NCBI GenBank assembly: GCA_948851665.1
Contig: CAQOWG010000003.1
Span: 12,021-76,020, forward strand
DNA length: 64,000 nucleotides
Direction of reading: 5' to 3'
From: an uncultured Candidatus Saccharibacteria bacterium
GTDB taxonomy: Bacteria > Patescibacteriota > Saccharimonadia > Saccharimonadales > Saccharimonadaceae
Part shown: piece by piece, positions 27,717 through 37,535 of the stretch
How positions within the stretch are numbered: position 1 is the first letter of the stretch
Layout: each line of letters opens with the position of its first letter
Notes under the pieces: generated by a model
What the model was told of the DNA's origin: nothing
Databases searched by the model: none
The model's input: only the letters and a program-made list of their open reading frames with translations
Program-made: the position numbers and the translations under genes

Positions 27717-28139
27717 ATGACTAATCCTGACCCTATCAAAAAAATCGCCGAAAGCTCCTTCATGAAAGAATTCCGTGAATTCATCAACCGCGGTAATGTT
27801 ATGGACCTCGCCATCGGTGTCGCTGTTGGTGGCGCTTTTACCGCCATTGTTAAATCTCTTGTAGATGACATGATTATGCCCATCACTAGTCTCCTCGCCG
27901 GCGGGCTCGATTTTTCCACCCTTTCTCTTGACATCCCTAATATCTTTGGAGCCAACTCTGTCGCTCATATCGCCTACGGCAACTTCCTCCAAAACGTTGT
28001 CAACTTCCTCATTATCGCTTTTACTATTTTCATTATCGTCCGACTCATCAATCGCATGAATCGTAAACACGACAAAGATGTCGCTGACGCTAAAAACGAA
28101 GCCAAGGCAGAAGCCACCAAAAAGAATTCTAAAGGCTAA
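27717..28139 (+). CDS. mscL: Large-conductance mechanosensitive channel
   Basis: FKEFREFINRGNVMDLAIGVAVGGAFTAIVKSLVDDMIMP is the canonical MscL N-terminus. TGTTATAAT lies 6 nt before the ATG. Confidence 0.9.
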   Translation: MTNPDPIKKIAESSFMKEFREFINRGNVMDLAIGVAVGGAFTAIVKSLVDDMIMPITSLLAGGLDFSTLSLDIPNIFGANSVAHIAYGNFLQNVVNFLIIAFTIFIIVRLINRMNRKHDKDVADAKNEAKAEATKKNSKG

Positions 28140-28743
28140 CCCGTTCGCGCGCTACTATCATTACAAGTAAAAACGCCAAAATATAACTTGATTCCCAAAC
28201 CAGAATCGCCGGTGTAAACCATGCCCCGTTCGTTAAATATCCCAATACGCTCACAATCGCAAACATCAGATATACCACTCCCAGCGCCCGCGTACCAGTA
28301 CTTGCTGTTCGGTTCAATACCATCAGCAACACAATTAACGCCATCATGACAAACATCGTCCGTGACGCCACTTCATGCATTCGACTCACTAAACTCACGT
28401 GCCCCATATAGTCCGCATAATAAACCGGACAAACCGACAGCCATACAAACGCCACCGCTAAAATCACTACTAAATGGTAATAAATCCGTGGCATCTGCCA
28501 CACCTGACCCACTTGCCACAAGTAGTATCCTATTAGCAGCACCGTCACAAAATTCAGTACTGCGAACATCACCGCCGCCCACGTAGACGTTCCCACATAA
28601 TAGCTAATCGTATTCCCTAACGCCCATGCTTGCGCTCGCCCCATATACGCCTCTGAAAGAATTCCTCGCACCACCGCGACACCACCCCCCACCAGAAACG
28701 TCCCCAACGCCGCTAGAATCGGCCACCTCTTTACATCCCTCAT
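28129..28743 (-). CDS. Hypothetical multi-pass membrane protein
   Basis: 204 aa with ~6 TM helices, in an operon overlap with the upstream ORF. Confidence 0.55.
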   Translation of the reverse strand: MRDVKRWPILAALGTFLVGGGVAVVRGILSEAYMGRAQAWALGNTISYYVGTSTWAAVMFAVLNFVTVLLIGYYLWQVGQVWQMPRIYYHLVVILAVAFVWLSVCPVYYADYMGHVSLVSRMHEVASRTMFVMMALIVLLMVLNRTASTGTRALGVVYLMFAIVSVLGYLTNGAWFTPAILVWESSYILAFLLVMIVARERVSL

Positions 28744-29048
28744 CTCAACTCTTTCGTCAAATTGTAGCTAAGTCTTACTAAATCTTCCATCTCATCTTCA
28801 GATAACTGCCCGCTCACCACCACCTCAATCCCCCCCTTACCAAAATAGCGACTCTCCATTACGCTTTCATACTTCTCTCTGAGTAAACCCGCCAAATTAC
28901 GCTCCGACCGCACCTCGATCGTATTACCACGATCCACCAAAAACGCCTTTCCGCCTGGTGTTCTGTAAATCACCTGCATTTTTTGATTTTCTGTACGATT
29001 CTCCGTTTCATACTCCCCGATCCCACTAATTTTCCCGAGTTCAATCAT
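28740..29048 (-). CDS. Hypothetical protein
   Basis: 102-aa ORF with 4-nt overlaps to both neighbours (translational coupling). Confidence 0.5.
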   Translation of the reverse strand: MIELGKISGIGEYETENRTENQKMQVIYRTPGGKAFLVDRGNTIEVRSERNLAGLLREKYESVMESRYFGKGGIEVVVSGQLSEDEMEDLVRLSYNLTKELR

Positions 29049-29575
29049 TTTAGCATCTCCGTATAGTACTTTAATTCCTCGATTGATCCTCGAATGTCAT
29101 CTAATGCCCTATGCTCTTCACGTTTTGTAAACTTCTTCCGTCGCGCTCCCTCCATGTAAACTTTCCAAGCACTCACATCAAGCATTCGATAGTGTAGTCG
29201 TTTCGCTAGCTCTGGCCATTCTCGGTCAATAAATTTCCGGTCCTGATGTATTGAATTCCCCGCCAGAATCACTTCTTTGCCAAACCATTGGTCAACAAAT
29301 TTTAATAACTCCGCTTCCACTTCCTTCGCGCTTTTTCCAGTCTTGTTTTGCGCTATCAAAGCATCCCGGCTATCGCTATTCCGTTCCCAAAACTCCCCCA
29401 CCATCCGTGTCTGCATCAATGCTTCCGGCACTTTTACCACTGCCGTCATTTCTGCACCCGACATCGGTTCAAGATCCCATCCCGTAGCAATCGCCGCCAC
29501 CTCTAAAATCCGATCTTTCTCCGGTTCAAGTCCTGTCATCTCCAGGTCAACCCATAGCAATTTAGCCTTTTTCAT
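29045..29575 (-). CDS. orn: Oligoribonuclease (DEDDh exonuclease)
   Basis: LLWVDLEMTGL...ILAGNSIHQDRKFI...HRALDDIRGSIEEL. The start is trimmed to MKKAKLL. Confidence 0.85.
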   Translation of the reverse strand: MKKAKLLWVDLEMTGLEPEKDRILEVAAIATGWDLEPMSGAEMTAVVKVPEALMQTRMVGEFWERNSDSRDALIAQNKTGKSAKEVEAELLKFVDQWFGKEVILAGNSIHQDRKFIDREWPELAKRLHYRMLDVSAWKVYMEGARRKKFTKREEHRALDDIRGSIEELKYYTEMLK

Positions 29576-29641
29576 GTCCACATTATACCCTAAACCTATC
29601 ACCCCGGCAACATCACATCAATGTCAATTTCGTAATATATA

Positions 29642-29865
29642 GCGCACCCCCAACTACAATCGTATTAATGAATGGCCTCTCCAGTTCCTGCGTACTGGCT
29701 ACTACCACCGTTCCGAAGGTTACCTCGGCGGACGTATGGCGGGTGGCTACTGGTGGTCTGGCACGGCTGGTTCTGCTACCTCCGGGCGCAACCTGAGTAC
29801 ATGGACCGATCTCGTCAATGCCCAGGATAACCTTTTCCGTGGCTTCGGTTTTGCTCTGCGCTGGG
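29642..29865 (+). repeat. Lectin-like C-terminal cassette, copy D
   Basis: The frame reads (stop)RTPNYNRINEWPLQFLRTGYYHRSEGYLGGRMAGGYWWSGTAGSATSGRNLSTWTDLVNAQDNLFRGFGFALRW. A TAG immediately precedes the head. Confidence 0.9.
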
Positions 29866-29901
29866 TAAGCCATCATTACACAAATATAGAAGACTCTTAA
29901 T

Positions 29902-30159
29902 CTATAAAACAGTGAAAGTACCCTTTGCAAAAACTTCTGCGACGGGAATACCTTGGTCTAAAAGACGCTGGATAATAGCACCAGCAACGGCCGAAAGTAA
30001 AAGTTTCGCCGTAAAAGAAAGGTCGGTAAGTAGTTCAATTTGAGTAGCTTCCATTTTGCCAAGAGAGTAGGTTTTACCCGCAAGTTCGCCGAAGCGCTCA
30101 TCGGCAACCCAAACAATCGTGCCTTTATGTGAGTCGATTTGATACTCAATTGTAGCCAT
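29902..30159 (-). CDS. Hypothetical 85-aa protein between cassettes D and E
   Basis: This is the only ORF in the spacer. TGTTATAAT lies 6 nt upstream of the ATG (the leaderless architecture seen elsewhere). The codon third-position bias is opposite to other minus-strand genes. Confidence 0.55.
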   Translation of the reverse strand: MATIEYQIDSHKGTIVWVADERFGELAGKTYSLGKMEATQIELLTDLSFTAKLLLSAVAGAIIQRLLDQGIPVAEVFAKGTFTVL

Positions 30160-30204
30160 AGAATCATTATAACATTCGAGTAACGATTTATGCCACGAAC
30201 ATTA

Positions 30205-30430
30205 CGCAGCGCAGAGCAAAGCCGTCACCACGCCAATAGTTATTCTGGGCGTAGACGTAGCCTGTACGCGTATTCAGGTCGCGCCCGTCGGTAGCAGAAC
30301 CAGCCGTAGCGGACCACCAAAAGCCAGTCGTCGTACGAGAGGCGAGGTAGCCGTAGGAACGTTTGTAGTAGCCAGTACGCAGGAACTGGAGAGGCCATTC
30401 ATTAATACGGTTGTAGTTGGGGGTGCTGGC
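30205..30430 (-). repeat. Lectin-like C-terminal cassette, copy E
   Basis: The frame reads ASTPNYNRINEWPLQFLRTGYYKRSYGYLASRTTTGFWWSATAGSATDGRDLNTRTGYVYAQNNYWRGDGFALRCV. Two in-frame TAGs lie 5-6 codons upstream. It sits ~55 nt 3' of argS on the same strand. Confidence 0.9.
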
Positions 30431-30487
30431 GCCTTTGACACCACGCTACTACGCAAAATAAACTAGCAAAAAACATACAGGTATCTC

Positions 30488-32245
30488 CTACATCTCTTCC
30501 GGCACCTCAATGCCTAACAGCCCCAAACCATGCTCCATTACATTCGTATACGCCTGCACAACCACAATCAGCTCCGCTTCATTCTCATTCCCTATCACCT
30601 TCACGTTCTCGTAAAAACGCGAGAACTCCTGCGCTAGCTCAAATAGATAGGCACAAATCTTATTCGGCGCCTTCTCTGCTACCGCCTCTTTTAACACATC
30701 TTGATATTGAACAATTTTCTTACTCAATTTCCGCACAAAGGATGTTTCAGAATTGGCGACAGTGTCATTGCTCTGAGAGGCGCTATTACCAACCCTTTGC
30801 AACACTTTCTTCGCCCGCACCGTAGAATATAGCAAATACACTCCTGAATTCCCTGTCATCGCCACGCTTTCCTTCGGATCAAAGATAATATCCCCACCCA
30901 TCTTATACTTCAAAAATGCGTACCTCAGCGCCGCCAGCACCACTTTCTCGTCCGCTGGCTGCCCTGTCGATTCCATCAGCTCCTGCGCCACCATCTCAAT
31001 CACATCTACCGCTTTCAGGAAATTCCCCTTCCGCGAGCTCATCTTTTCATTCCCCGGTAGTTTTACCTGTCCATGTGTCAAATGCCGTGTCCGTTCAGAT
31101 AACTTCGGTGCCATCTCACTCACGCTCGCCAGCACCACCTTCATATATTCAATAATATCATTCCCGGTAATCACCACGCTCTCATCAAAATGATAATCAT
31201 CCCATTTCGTAAAAATCAGCCCTACATCTTTCGCTTCGTAAGTCGGTAAGCCATTCTGATTGATAAATACTCTTGTATGTAAGCCGAACTTCTCCCCCTT
31301 ATAAACCACCGCGCCACTACTCTCCTCGTAAACTCCTCGGTCTAGCCCCTGTCGCACCTCTTTAAGCCCCCGCACTGCTACCGTCGATTCCGGATAATAC
31401 CGATCGAATTTCACACCAATCCGCGCATAAAAATCTTCAAAGTACTTATAGCTCAGTTCTCGCCCCTTCAAGTAAATCGTCTTAATTTCTTCCTTATCAA
31501 GCGCCAAAGCTACACTTTCCTGGTCATCCCCCATCTCGTGTCCTGGCCACTCCCGAATATCACCAAATTCCTGAAGCGCAATTTCATAAACCATCCGGTT
31601 GATTTCCGTGATTTCCGCTTTTGCCTGTTCATCTTCTTCATACGCCCGCGTTCCCTCAACATACGCCTTAGCAATCTCCTCAATCATTAGATGACTAGGC
31701 AACTGCTGCAAAAGCGCCCAAATCGTCTTCCCCACGTGTAGCCCCACATCTCCACCAAAATTCGCTCGCACCACTTTTGCCCCCGCCATCTCCAAAATCC
31801 GCGAAATCGAATCCCCTACCATCGAAGTATAAAGATGACCCACGTGCAATACCTTAAACGGGTTCGGATCGGAAAACTCGCACACCACGACCTTACCATC
31901 ATACTCACTCCAAACCGACTCCTTGGTCAAATACTCTTGACCTTTCGCAAAATCCGCTACCTTCCCATAAAAATATTCATCTGGTGATATAAAGTTCATA
32001 AATCCTGGCCCCGCAATCTCCACCCGCCACGCCATTCCACTCGCTTCTGCATCTGCCAAGAATGCATCCTTTAGCTCTTCTGCAATCGCCACCGGTGCCT
32101 TATGTACTAATTTCGCTAGTTGCATTGCTACATTCGACGCGAAATCCGCGCCCGTATCTTCCGGCGCCACCGTTACAACCACATCAGTCTTCACCCCATA
32201 GACCTGCAGGATTGCTGCTTCTAGTTTCTGTTTCACCTCTTCCAT
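30488..32245 (-). CDS. argS: Arginyl-tRNA synthetase
   Basis: 585 aa with a class I HIGH-like motif (VLHVGHLYTS), a KMSSRKG (KMSKS) motif and a DALR anticodon-binding C-terminus. Confidence 0.9.
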   Translation of the reverse strand: MEEVKQKLEAAILQVYGVKTDVVVTVAPEDTGADFASNVAMQLAKLVHKAPVAIAEELKDAFLADAEASGMAWRVEIAGPGFMNFISPDEYFYGKVADFAKGQEYLTKESVWSEYDGKVVVCEFSDPNPFKVLHVGHLYTSMVGDSISRILEMAGAKVVRANFGGDVGLHVGKTIWALLQQLPSHLMIEEIAKAYVEGTRAYEEDEQAKAEITEINRMVYEIALQEFGDIREWPGHEMGDDQESVALALDKEEIKTIYLKGRELSYKYFEDFYARIGVKFDRYYPESTVAVRGLKEVRQGLDRGVYEESSGAVVYKGEKFGLHTRVFINQNGLPTYEAKDVGLIFTKWDDYHFDESVVITGNDIIEYMKVVLASVSEMAPKLSERTRHLTHGQVKLPGNEKMSSRKGNFLKAVDVIEMVAQELMESTGQPADEKVVLAALRYAFLKYKMGGDIIFDPKESVAMTGNSGVYLLYSTVRAKKVLQRVGNSASQSNDTVANSETSFVRKLSKKIVQYQDVLKEAVAEKAPNKICAYLFELAQEFSRFYENVKVIGNENEAELIVVVQAYTNVMEHGLGLLGIEVPEEM

Positions 32246-33081
32246 CAGCGTGCCACCGTCCGAATTTCTACCGCCCCCACGCCTGATTTAACTTCCACCA
32301 CATTTTCTCCATTCCCCTCACGTGTATCATCTGCCAAGTTCCTACCATTATAGCTCACTGAGCCAATGCCCTTGTCAATCGCCAACCGATAATCCGTTTC
32401 TGCACCAATCAATTCCAGCTCTAACTTACCTACTCCCGACACCACCTTTGAATCACCTATTAGCTCCAATCGTAGCTCAGCCTTTCCCGCCCCGATTTCA
32501 ATCTCCGCATTATTTGCCCTACCCCGCATAACCTCAACCACCCCAGCCCCGCTATCAATCCGCAACCGCTCACTAGCACTCAAATAATCAATCTCTGTCT
32601 TCCCCGCTCCCAATTTCAAATCAATACGCTTTGCTACTAAGTCCTGCACTGTTAAGGTTCCTGCACCCACCTCAAACTTCGCTTCTTCCAGCTCTACTTT
32701 ATTACTTACATAAATCGTCAGTTCTCCTGTTCCCCCAAAACCGAACACACCATGACTTCGCTCCACTACATGAATCGTGCCATTTTCTTCCCACACATCA
32801 ATGTATTCATTATTTGTCTGATACTTCACCCCCGAGTCCACAGACTTTACCCATACCCGCGTCGCCTTCACACTCACATCCAACTGCTTTATGCTAAGCC
32901 CTTCGCCCTCCTCGCCCACGACCTCTATTGTTTCCCCCATTACCAAGTCATCTCTCTCGAATCCATCATAAATCAATCCCAGTGTCCCTACCGCCGACAA
33001 GACAGCTCCAGCAATCGATACCATGATAAAAACCGCCAGCAAGATCGCGAGCCCTTTAATAAGCCTCTGTGTCGTATTCAT
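32245..33081 (-). CDS. DUF4097-like beta-helical 'putative adhesin' with an N-terminal anchor
   Basis: An N-terminal TM helix, then repetitive (G)AG.v.v beta-strand motifs (GAGTLTV, GAGKTEI, GAGVVEV, GAGKAEL, GVGKLEL, GVGAVEI). Confidence 0.5.
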   Translation of the reverse strand: MNTTQRLIKGLAILLAVFIMVSIAGAVLSAVGTLGLIYDGFERDDLVMGETIEVVGEEGEGLSIKQLDVSVKATRVWVKSVDSGVKYQTNNEYIDVWEENGTIHVVERSHGVFGFGGTGELTIYVSNKVELEEAKFEVGAGTLTVQDLVAKRIDLKLGAGKTEIDYLSASERLRIDSGAGVVEVMRGRANNAEIEIGAGKAELRLELIGDSKVVSGVGKLELELIGAETDYRLAIDKGIGSVSYNGRNLADDTREGNGENVVEVKSGVGAVEIRTVAR

Positions 33082-33818
33082 TATTTAATCTCCACCCCGC
33101 CAAACACCGCCGTCGCATCCACATACAACGTCTTAGCAGCCTTCTTATCCTTAGACTTACCAACTTTTTTATGCTTATTCTCTACTCCCCCAAAAATCGA
33201 ACTTGAACTCACCTCAACCACTACGTCATCCGGCACAATAATCTTCGCTGAGCCAAAAAGCGCTGATACTTTCGCTACTGATTCCTCTGGCATTTTAGCA
33301 TCGGTCAAATCCAACACTATCGAACCAAACACCGCCTCAAGCCGGCAATCCGCAAACTCCTTACCATCAAACTCCTCTTGCACACTACTAAAAGTTGCCC
33401 AGTATTCCTGATAATCATCCCCCTCCACAACTTCCCCCTCTTTTACCTTCGCCATTCGCGCTTTGTAGTGCGCTTCATGTACCTTTCGTGCTTCATCACT
33501 ATTGAACGCCGTCCGACAAATCATCGACAAGCCAATCAGAATCACCGCCACCGGCAAGATCAACTTCCAAATCACCGCAAAGTCCAGCACGTCAAGACAC
33601 GCCAACATCAATGCTACACCTAGCAAAATCCCAAATAAGCTTCCTCCTTTATGATCTTCCGTAATCAGCCCAATCACCGATGGTATGATAATAAACAGCG
33701 TCCACCACCCTGGGAAAAAGATAGTCCAATCCACCAATCCAGTCGCCTTCAAGGCCCAAACTACCCCTAGCGCCACCAATACTAGTCCCCATAACACGCG
33801 GTTTACTTTTTTCATCAA
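33081..33818 (-). CDS. LiaF-like (cell-envelope stress) membrane protein
   Basis: N-terminal TM helices plus a C-terminal ...FGSIVLDL...LFGSAKIIVPDDV...IFGGVE... pattern typical of the LiaF/DUF2154 C-terminal domain. It has a 1-nt overlap with the downstream gene. Confidence 0.5.
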   Translation of the reverse strand: MMKKVNRVLWGLVLVALGVVWALKATGLVDWTIFFPGWWTLFIIIPSVIGLITEDHKGGSLFGILLGVALMLACLDVLDFAVIWKLILPVAVILIGLSMICRTAFNSDEARKVHEAHYKARMAKVKEGEVVEGDDYQEYWATFSSVQEEFDGKEFADCRLEAVFGSIVLDLTDAKMPEESVAKVSALFGSAKIIVPDDVVVEVSSSSIFGGVENKHKKVGKSKDKKAAKTLYVDATAVFGGVEIK

Positions 33819-33858
33819 AGACTCCTAAAATTACTTACCCCTAATTATACCATATACT

Positions 33859-35451
33859 TCAGCGCAGTGCTTTTACAAACCCGTCAAACAACGGGTGCAC
33901 AGAAAGTGGCCGCGATCGGAACTCTGGGTGTGCCTGTGTCGCTACAAAAAACTTCAAATCCGGCGCTTCGATAAATTCCACCAACTTCCCGTCCGGGCTC
34001 GTTCCTGCAACCCTAACACCACCCTTCTCAATCTCTGGCAAATATTTCTGATTTACCTCATAGCGATGTCGGTGACGTTCCACTACATCGCCCTGACCAT
34101 AAAGTTTATATGTCTTCGTCCCCTTAACGAGCTTCGCTGGATAGTCACCCAACCGCATCGTACCACCAGTTTCTTCCTTACCCTTCTGACCTTCCATGAT
34201 ATAAATCACATTATTACCATTCTCTTCACTCGCACCAAATTCCTCCGAATTCGCGTTTTTCAGCCCTCCCCGCCGCGCTGCTGCTACGCATGCCATCTGC
34301 ATGCCAAGACAAAGCCCTAAATATGGCATATCGTGCTCTAAAGCGTACTCAGCAGCTCGAATCTTCCCCTCAGCCCCGCGCGCACCAAATCCACCTGGCA
34401 CCACCAGCCCATCCACATTCTTGAAGTCATTCCCTGTTGCGTCCTCAGCGTTAATCCAACGAATCTCAATGTTCATCTTGTTCCACGCCGCTGCCGCTTT
34501 TAAAGCCTCTGTTACACAAATATATGCATCCTCATTCCCAGCATACTTCGCCACTAAACCCACCTTATAGACCTTATCGTACTTCTTCCCCCTCAAATCA
34601 GAAAACTTCTGCCACTTTGTCATGTCCGGATCGCTATCATCTCCAACAAAACAATTCAAAATCTCCAACACCCCAGATTTCAGAACGTTAAATGGCACAT
34701 CGTATACTGACTCAATATCTGGCAAATTCAACACCGCATCCCCAGAAATCCCCGCAAATCGCGCAATCTTCTCACAAATATCTCGTCCCGCCGGTCGCTC
34801 CGTACGACATACTACTACATCCGGAATAATTCCAAATCCCCTCAAATCTTTCAATGCATTCTGCGCCGGCTTTGTTTTTAATTCCTTTGACGTATTAATC
34901 CAAGGGACATACACCACATGCACATACAAACAATTTTCTCTTCCCACCCTATTCGCATAAAGGCGAATTGCCTCAATAAAACTCAGACCTTCATAGTCAC
35001 CTACCGTACCGCCAATCTCTACAATATGGATATCCGAACCCTCACCAGCCTTAGCAATTTTCTCCTGCACCAAGTCTGTAAAATGCGGCACCATCTGTAC
35101 CGTCTTACCATGAAAACCACCGTTTCGTTCTTTATCAATTAGCTCTTGATAAAGTGCTCCTGACAGTACCGAAGAGTACCGCGAAGTTTCAAAGTCCAAA
35201 AATCTTTCATAATGTCCAAGATCAAGGTCCGTTTCTTTCCCATCCGCCGTCACAAAGCATTCCCCGTGTTCCACCGGGTTCAATAACCCTGCATCCACAT
35301 TTAAATACGGGTCACACTTCTGGATCGAAACATCATAGCCTTTTGCCTTCAAAATCGCCCCAATCGACGCCGCCGTAATTCCTTTTCCCACGCCTGAGAG
35401 CACGCCACCCGTTACGAAGATATATTTTGTTTGCTTCGACTTTCCAGCCAT
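33859..35451 (-). CDS. pyrG: CTP synthase
   Basis: KYIFVTGGVLSGVGKGI plus a GATase domain (GLCLGMQ, HRHRYEVN). The start is trimmed to MAGKSKQ. Confidence 0.95.
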   Translation of the reverse strand: MAGKSKQTKYIFVTGGVLSGVGKGITAASIGAILKAKGYDVSIQKCDPYLNVDAGLLNPVEHGECFVTADGKETDLDLGHYERFLDFETSRYSSVLSGALYQELIDKERNGGFHGKTVQMVPHFTDLVQEKIAKAGEGSDIHIVEIGGTVGDYEGLSFIEAIRLYANRVGRENCLYVHVVYVPWINTSKELKTKPAQNALKDLRGFGIIPDVVVCRTERPAGRDICEKIARFAGISGDAVLNLPDIESVYDVPFNVLKSGVLEILNCFVGDDSDPDMTKWQKFSDLRGKKYDKVYKVGLVAKYAGNEDAYICVTEALKAAAAWNKMNIEIRWINAEDATGNDFKNVDGLVVPGGFGARGAEGKIRAAEYALEHDMPYLGLCLGMQMACVAAARRGGLKNANSEEFGASEENGNNVIYIMEGQKGKEETGGTMRLGDYPAKLVKGTKTYKLYGQGDVVERHRHRYEVNQKYLPEIEKGGVRVAGTSPDGKLVEFIEAPDLKFFVATQAHPEFRSRPLSVHPLFDGFVKALR

Positions 35452-35576
35452 GTCTGCTCCCTCTGCCCACTTTATCTTAATAACTTTACTACCTCTATCA
35501 TAACACAACCACTACCATATTTGGCATGTAAAAATCACAACATGGTGGACTCGTCCGCTTATGCTATAATACTTCT

Positions 35577-36551
35577 ATGAACCAACCCCTTCTTGTTTCT
35601 GAGCTCATCGGTGATTTCCTCGAATCCCTCGAAATCGAACATGGCCGCTCTGTCAAAACCACCGAAAACTACCGCCGCTATCTTGAACGTTTTTTTGACC
35701 TTGCTAGCGAAATCTCTGGCAAAGACTACGATTTCGCCCCTGCCGATATTACCCCCGAGCTCCTACGCAAATATCGCCTTGCCCTCAATCGTGAAGTCGA
35801 CTCAAAAGGCGAATCCCTCAAACCTATAACCCAATCTTATTACCTCATCGCCCTACGCGGTTTCCTCAAATATCTCGCCAAACGCGGCATCAATTCCCTT
35901 GACCCTAGCCTTGTCGAGCTTCCCCACGTCATCCGTAAGCAAGTCACCTTCCTGCATTTCGACGAAGTCGAACGTCTTCTCGAACAAGTCGACACTTCCA
36001 CCGAAACCGGCCTCCGCGACCGCGCCATCATCGAACTACTTTTCTCCGGCGGACTTCGCGTTTCCGAACTTGTTAAACTCAATCGCGATTCTATCAATCT
36101 CGACCGACGCGAATTTATCGTCCGCGGTAAAGGCAGCAAAGATCGTCCGGTTTTTATCTCCCCTGCTGCCGCCGATTGGGTTTCCGCCTACCTCGATGAA
36201 CGAAAAGACACTCTTGCCCCACTTTTTCTTAACAACAGCCGTCGCCAAGGCGAAGTCAATACTTCTGGCGACTTCCGTCGCCTCACTGCCCGCTCTATCG
36301 AACGAATTGTTGAAAAATACGCCCGTCTCGCCGGCATCACTAAGCACGTTTCCCCCCACACTCTCCGTCATAGTTTCGCCACTGACCTTCTCATGAACGG
36401 CGCCGATATTCGCTCAGTCCAAACCATGCTCGGACACGCCGACATCAGCACTACTCAAATTTATACCCATGTCACCGATCCCCACCTCAAAGAAGTCCAC
36501 GAACGCTTCCATACGGACACCGATGAAGAAGCAAAAACGATCAAAAATTAG
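35577..36551 (+). CDS. Tyrosine recombinase XerC/XerD family
   Basis: GLRVSELVKL...RGKGSKDR...HTLRHSFATDLL...LGHADISTTQIYTHV (the R-H-R-Y catalytic set). TGCTATAAT lies 6 nt before the ATG. This is the only recombinase in the window. Confidence 0.9.
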   Translation: MNQPLLVSELIGDFLESLEIEHGRSVKTTENYRRYLERFFDLASEISGKDYDFAPADITPELLRKYRLALNREVDSKGESLKPITQSYYLIALRGFLKYLAKRGINSLDPSLVELPHVIRKQVTFLHFDEVERLLEQVDTSTETGLRDRAIIELLFSGGLRVSELVKLNRDSINLDRREFIVRGKGSKDRPVFISPAAADWVSAYLDERKDTLAPLFLNNSRRQGEVNTSGDFRRLTARSIERIVEKYARLAGITKHVSPHTLRHSFATDLLMNGADIRSVQTMLGHADISTTQIYTHVTDPHLKEVHERFHTDTDEEAKTIKN

Positions 36552-37413
36552 TCGCCGTCAACAACAACGGCAACGCATTCCCTAGTATCAGCACTAGCAC
36601 AAACCCTGCCACCAAAAACGGTCCAAAGGATACCTTATGATTCCCGCTCTTAATCGCCCCCGGTAGCGCAATCATATCCCCAAGCAAATTCGCCAAAAAG
36701 ATATTCCACAGCGCCAACCACCAATCCGCCAGCGCCAACGCCAATGCCAGCGCCAATATCCAGTCCCCGCTCCCCATCAACCGCTCCCTCGAAGCTTTAT
36801 AAACCACAAAACACACACCTGCCATTATCGCTACGCCAGCCCCCGTGCTCGCTAGCGCCGCCCACACGTCTTCCCCCGCCAAACTTACTTGGTAAGTCTT
36901 CAACACCAAAATAATCGCCCCTATCACCACCGCTAGCACCAGCAGCACCGTCGGTAATTGTCGCCATTTTGCATCATAAACCGCCAAAACCATCAGCACC
37001 ACTAGCATCAATAGCGTCATAATAAATACCGCCACTTGTACAAACAACACCCCTGGCGTCCGTGAAAGCACGTGCCAGTTATTAATCATCGGCAACAAAT
37101 ATGCCCAGGATAGCATCAAAAACGACACAGCCATGCTAATTTCCGACAGGAAATCCGCCACTCCAATTTTCTTACCACAATTCCGACATTTCCCCCTCAG
37201 CACCAACCACGAAATAATCGGAATATTATCATACCAATGAATCCGCTTGTGACAATGCAAGCACACCGACCACTGTCCTAGATCTTTCTTGGTATGAACT
37301 TTATAATGCCATCGCCACGCTTGACAGCATGCAAATGATCCAAAAATTGCCCCCAACATAAACATCATTACCAGAATTAGTGCATCCAGCACCACCACTT
37401 CGTCAATCATCAT
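36541..37413 (-). CDS. pilD: Prepilin peptidase (A24 family)
   Basis: Zinc-ribbon-like CLHCHKRIHWYDNIPIISWLVLRGKCRNCGKKI, then a multi-TM aspartic peptidase core. Confidence 0.85.
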   Translation of the reverse strand: MMIDEVVVLDALILVMMFMLGAIFGSFACCQAWRWHYKVHTKKDLGQWSVCLHCHKRIHWYDNIPIISWLVLRGKCRNCGKKIGVADFLSEISMAVSFLMLSWAYLLPMINNWHVLSRTPGVLFVQVAVFIMTLLMLVVLMVLAVYDAKWRQLPTVLLVLAVVIGAIILVLKTYQVSLAGEDVWAALASTGAGVAIMAGVCFVVYKASRERLMGSGDWILALALALALADWWLALWNIFLANLLGDMIALPGAIKSGNHKVSFGPFLVAGFVLVLILGNALPLLLTATNF

Positions 37414-37490
37414 AACCCCATTTTACCACAAACATTTTCAAGAGCCAAACGCTTTTCCAGCGCCAACAGCGCACACTACAAGTAGACACA

Positions 37491-37518
37491 AGAAAAACCC
37501 GCCATGTTTGGCGGGTTT
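37491..37518 (-). terminator. Strong terminator after pilA
   Basis: On the minus strand: AAACCCGCC-AAACAT-GGCGGGTTTTTCTT. Confidence 0.8.
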
Positions 37519-37535
37519 CCCTGAAGCATCAATTC

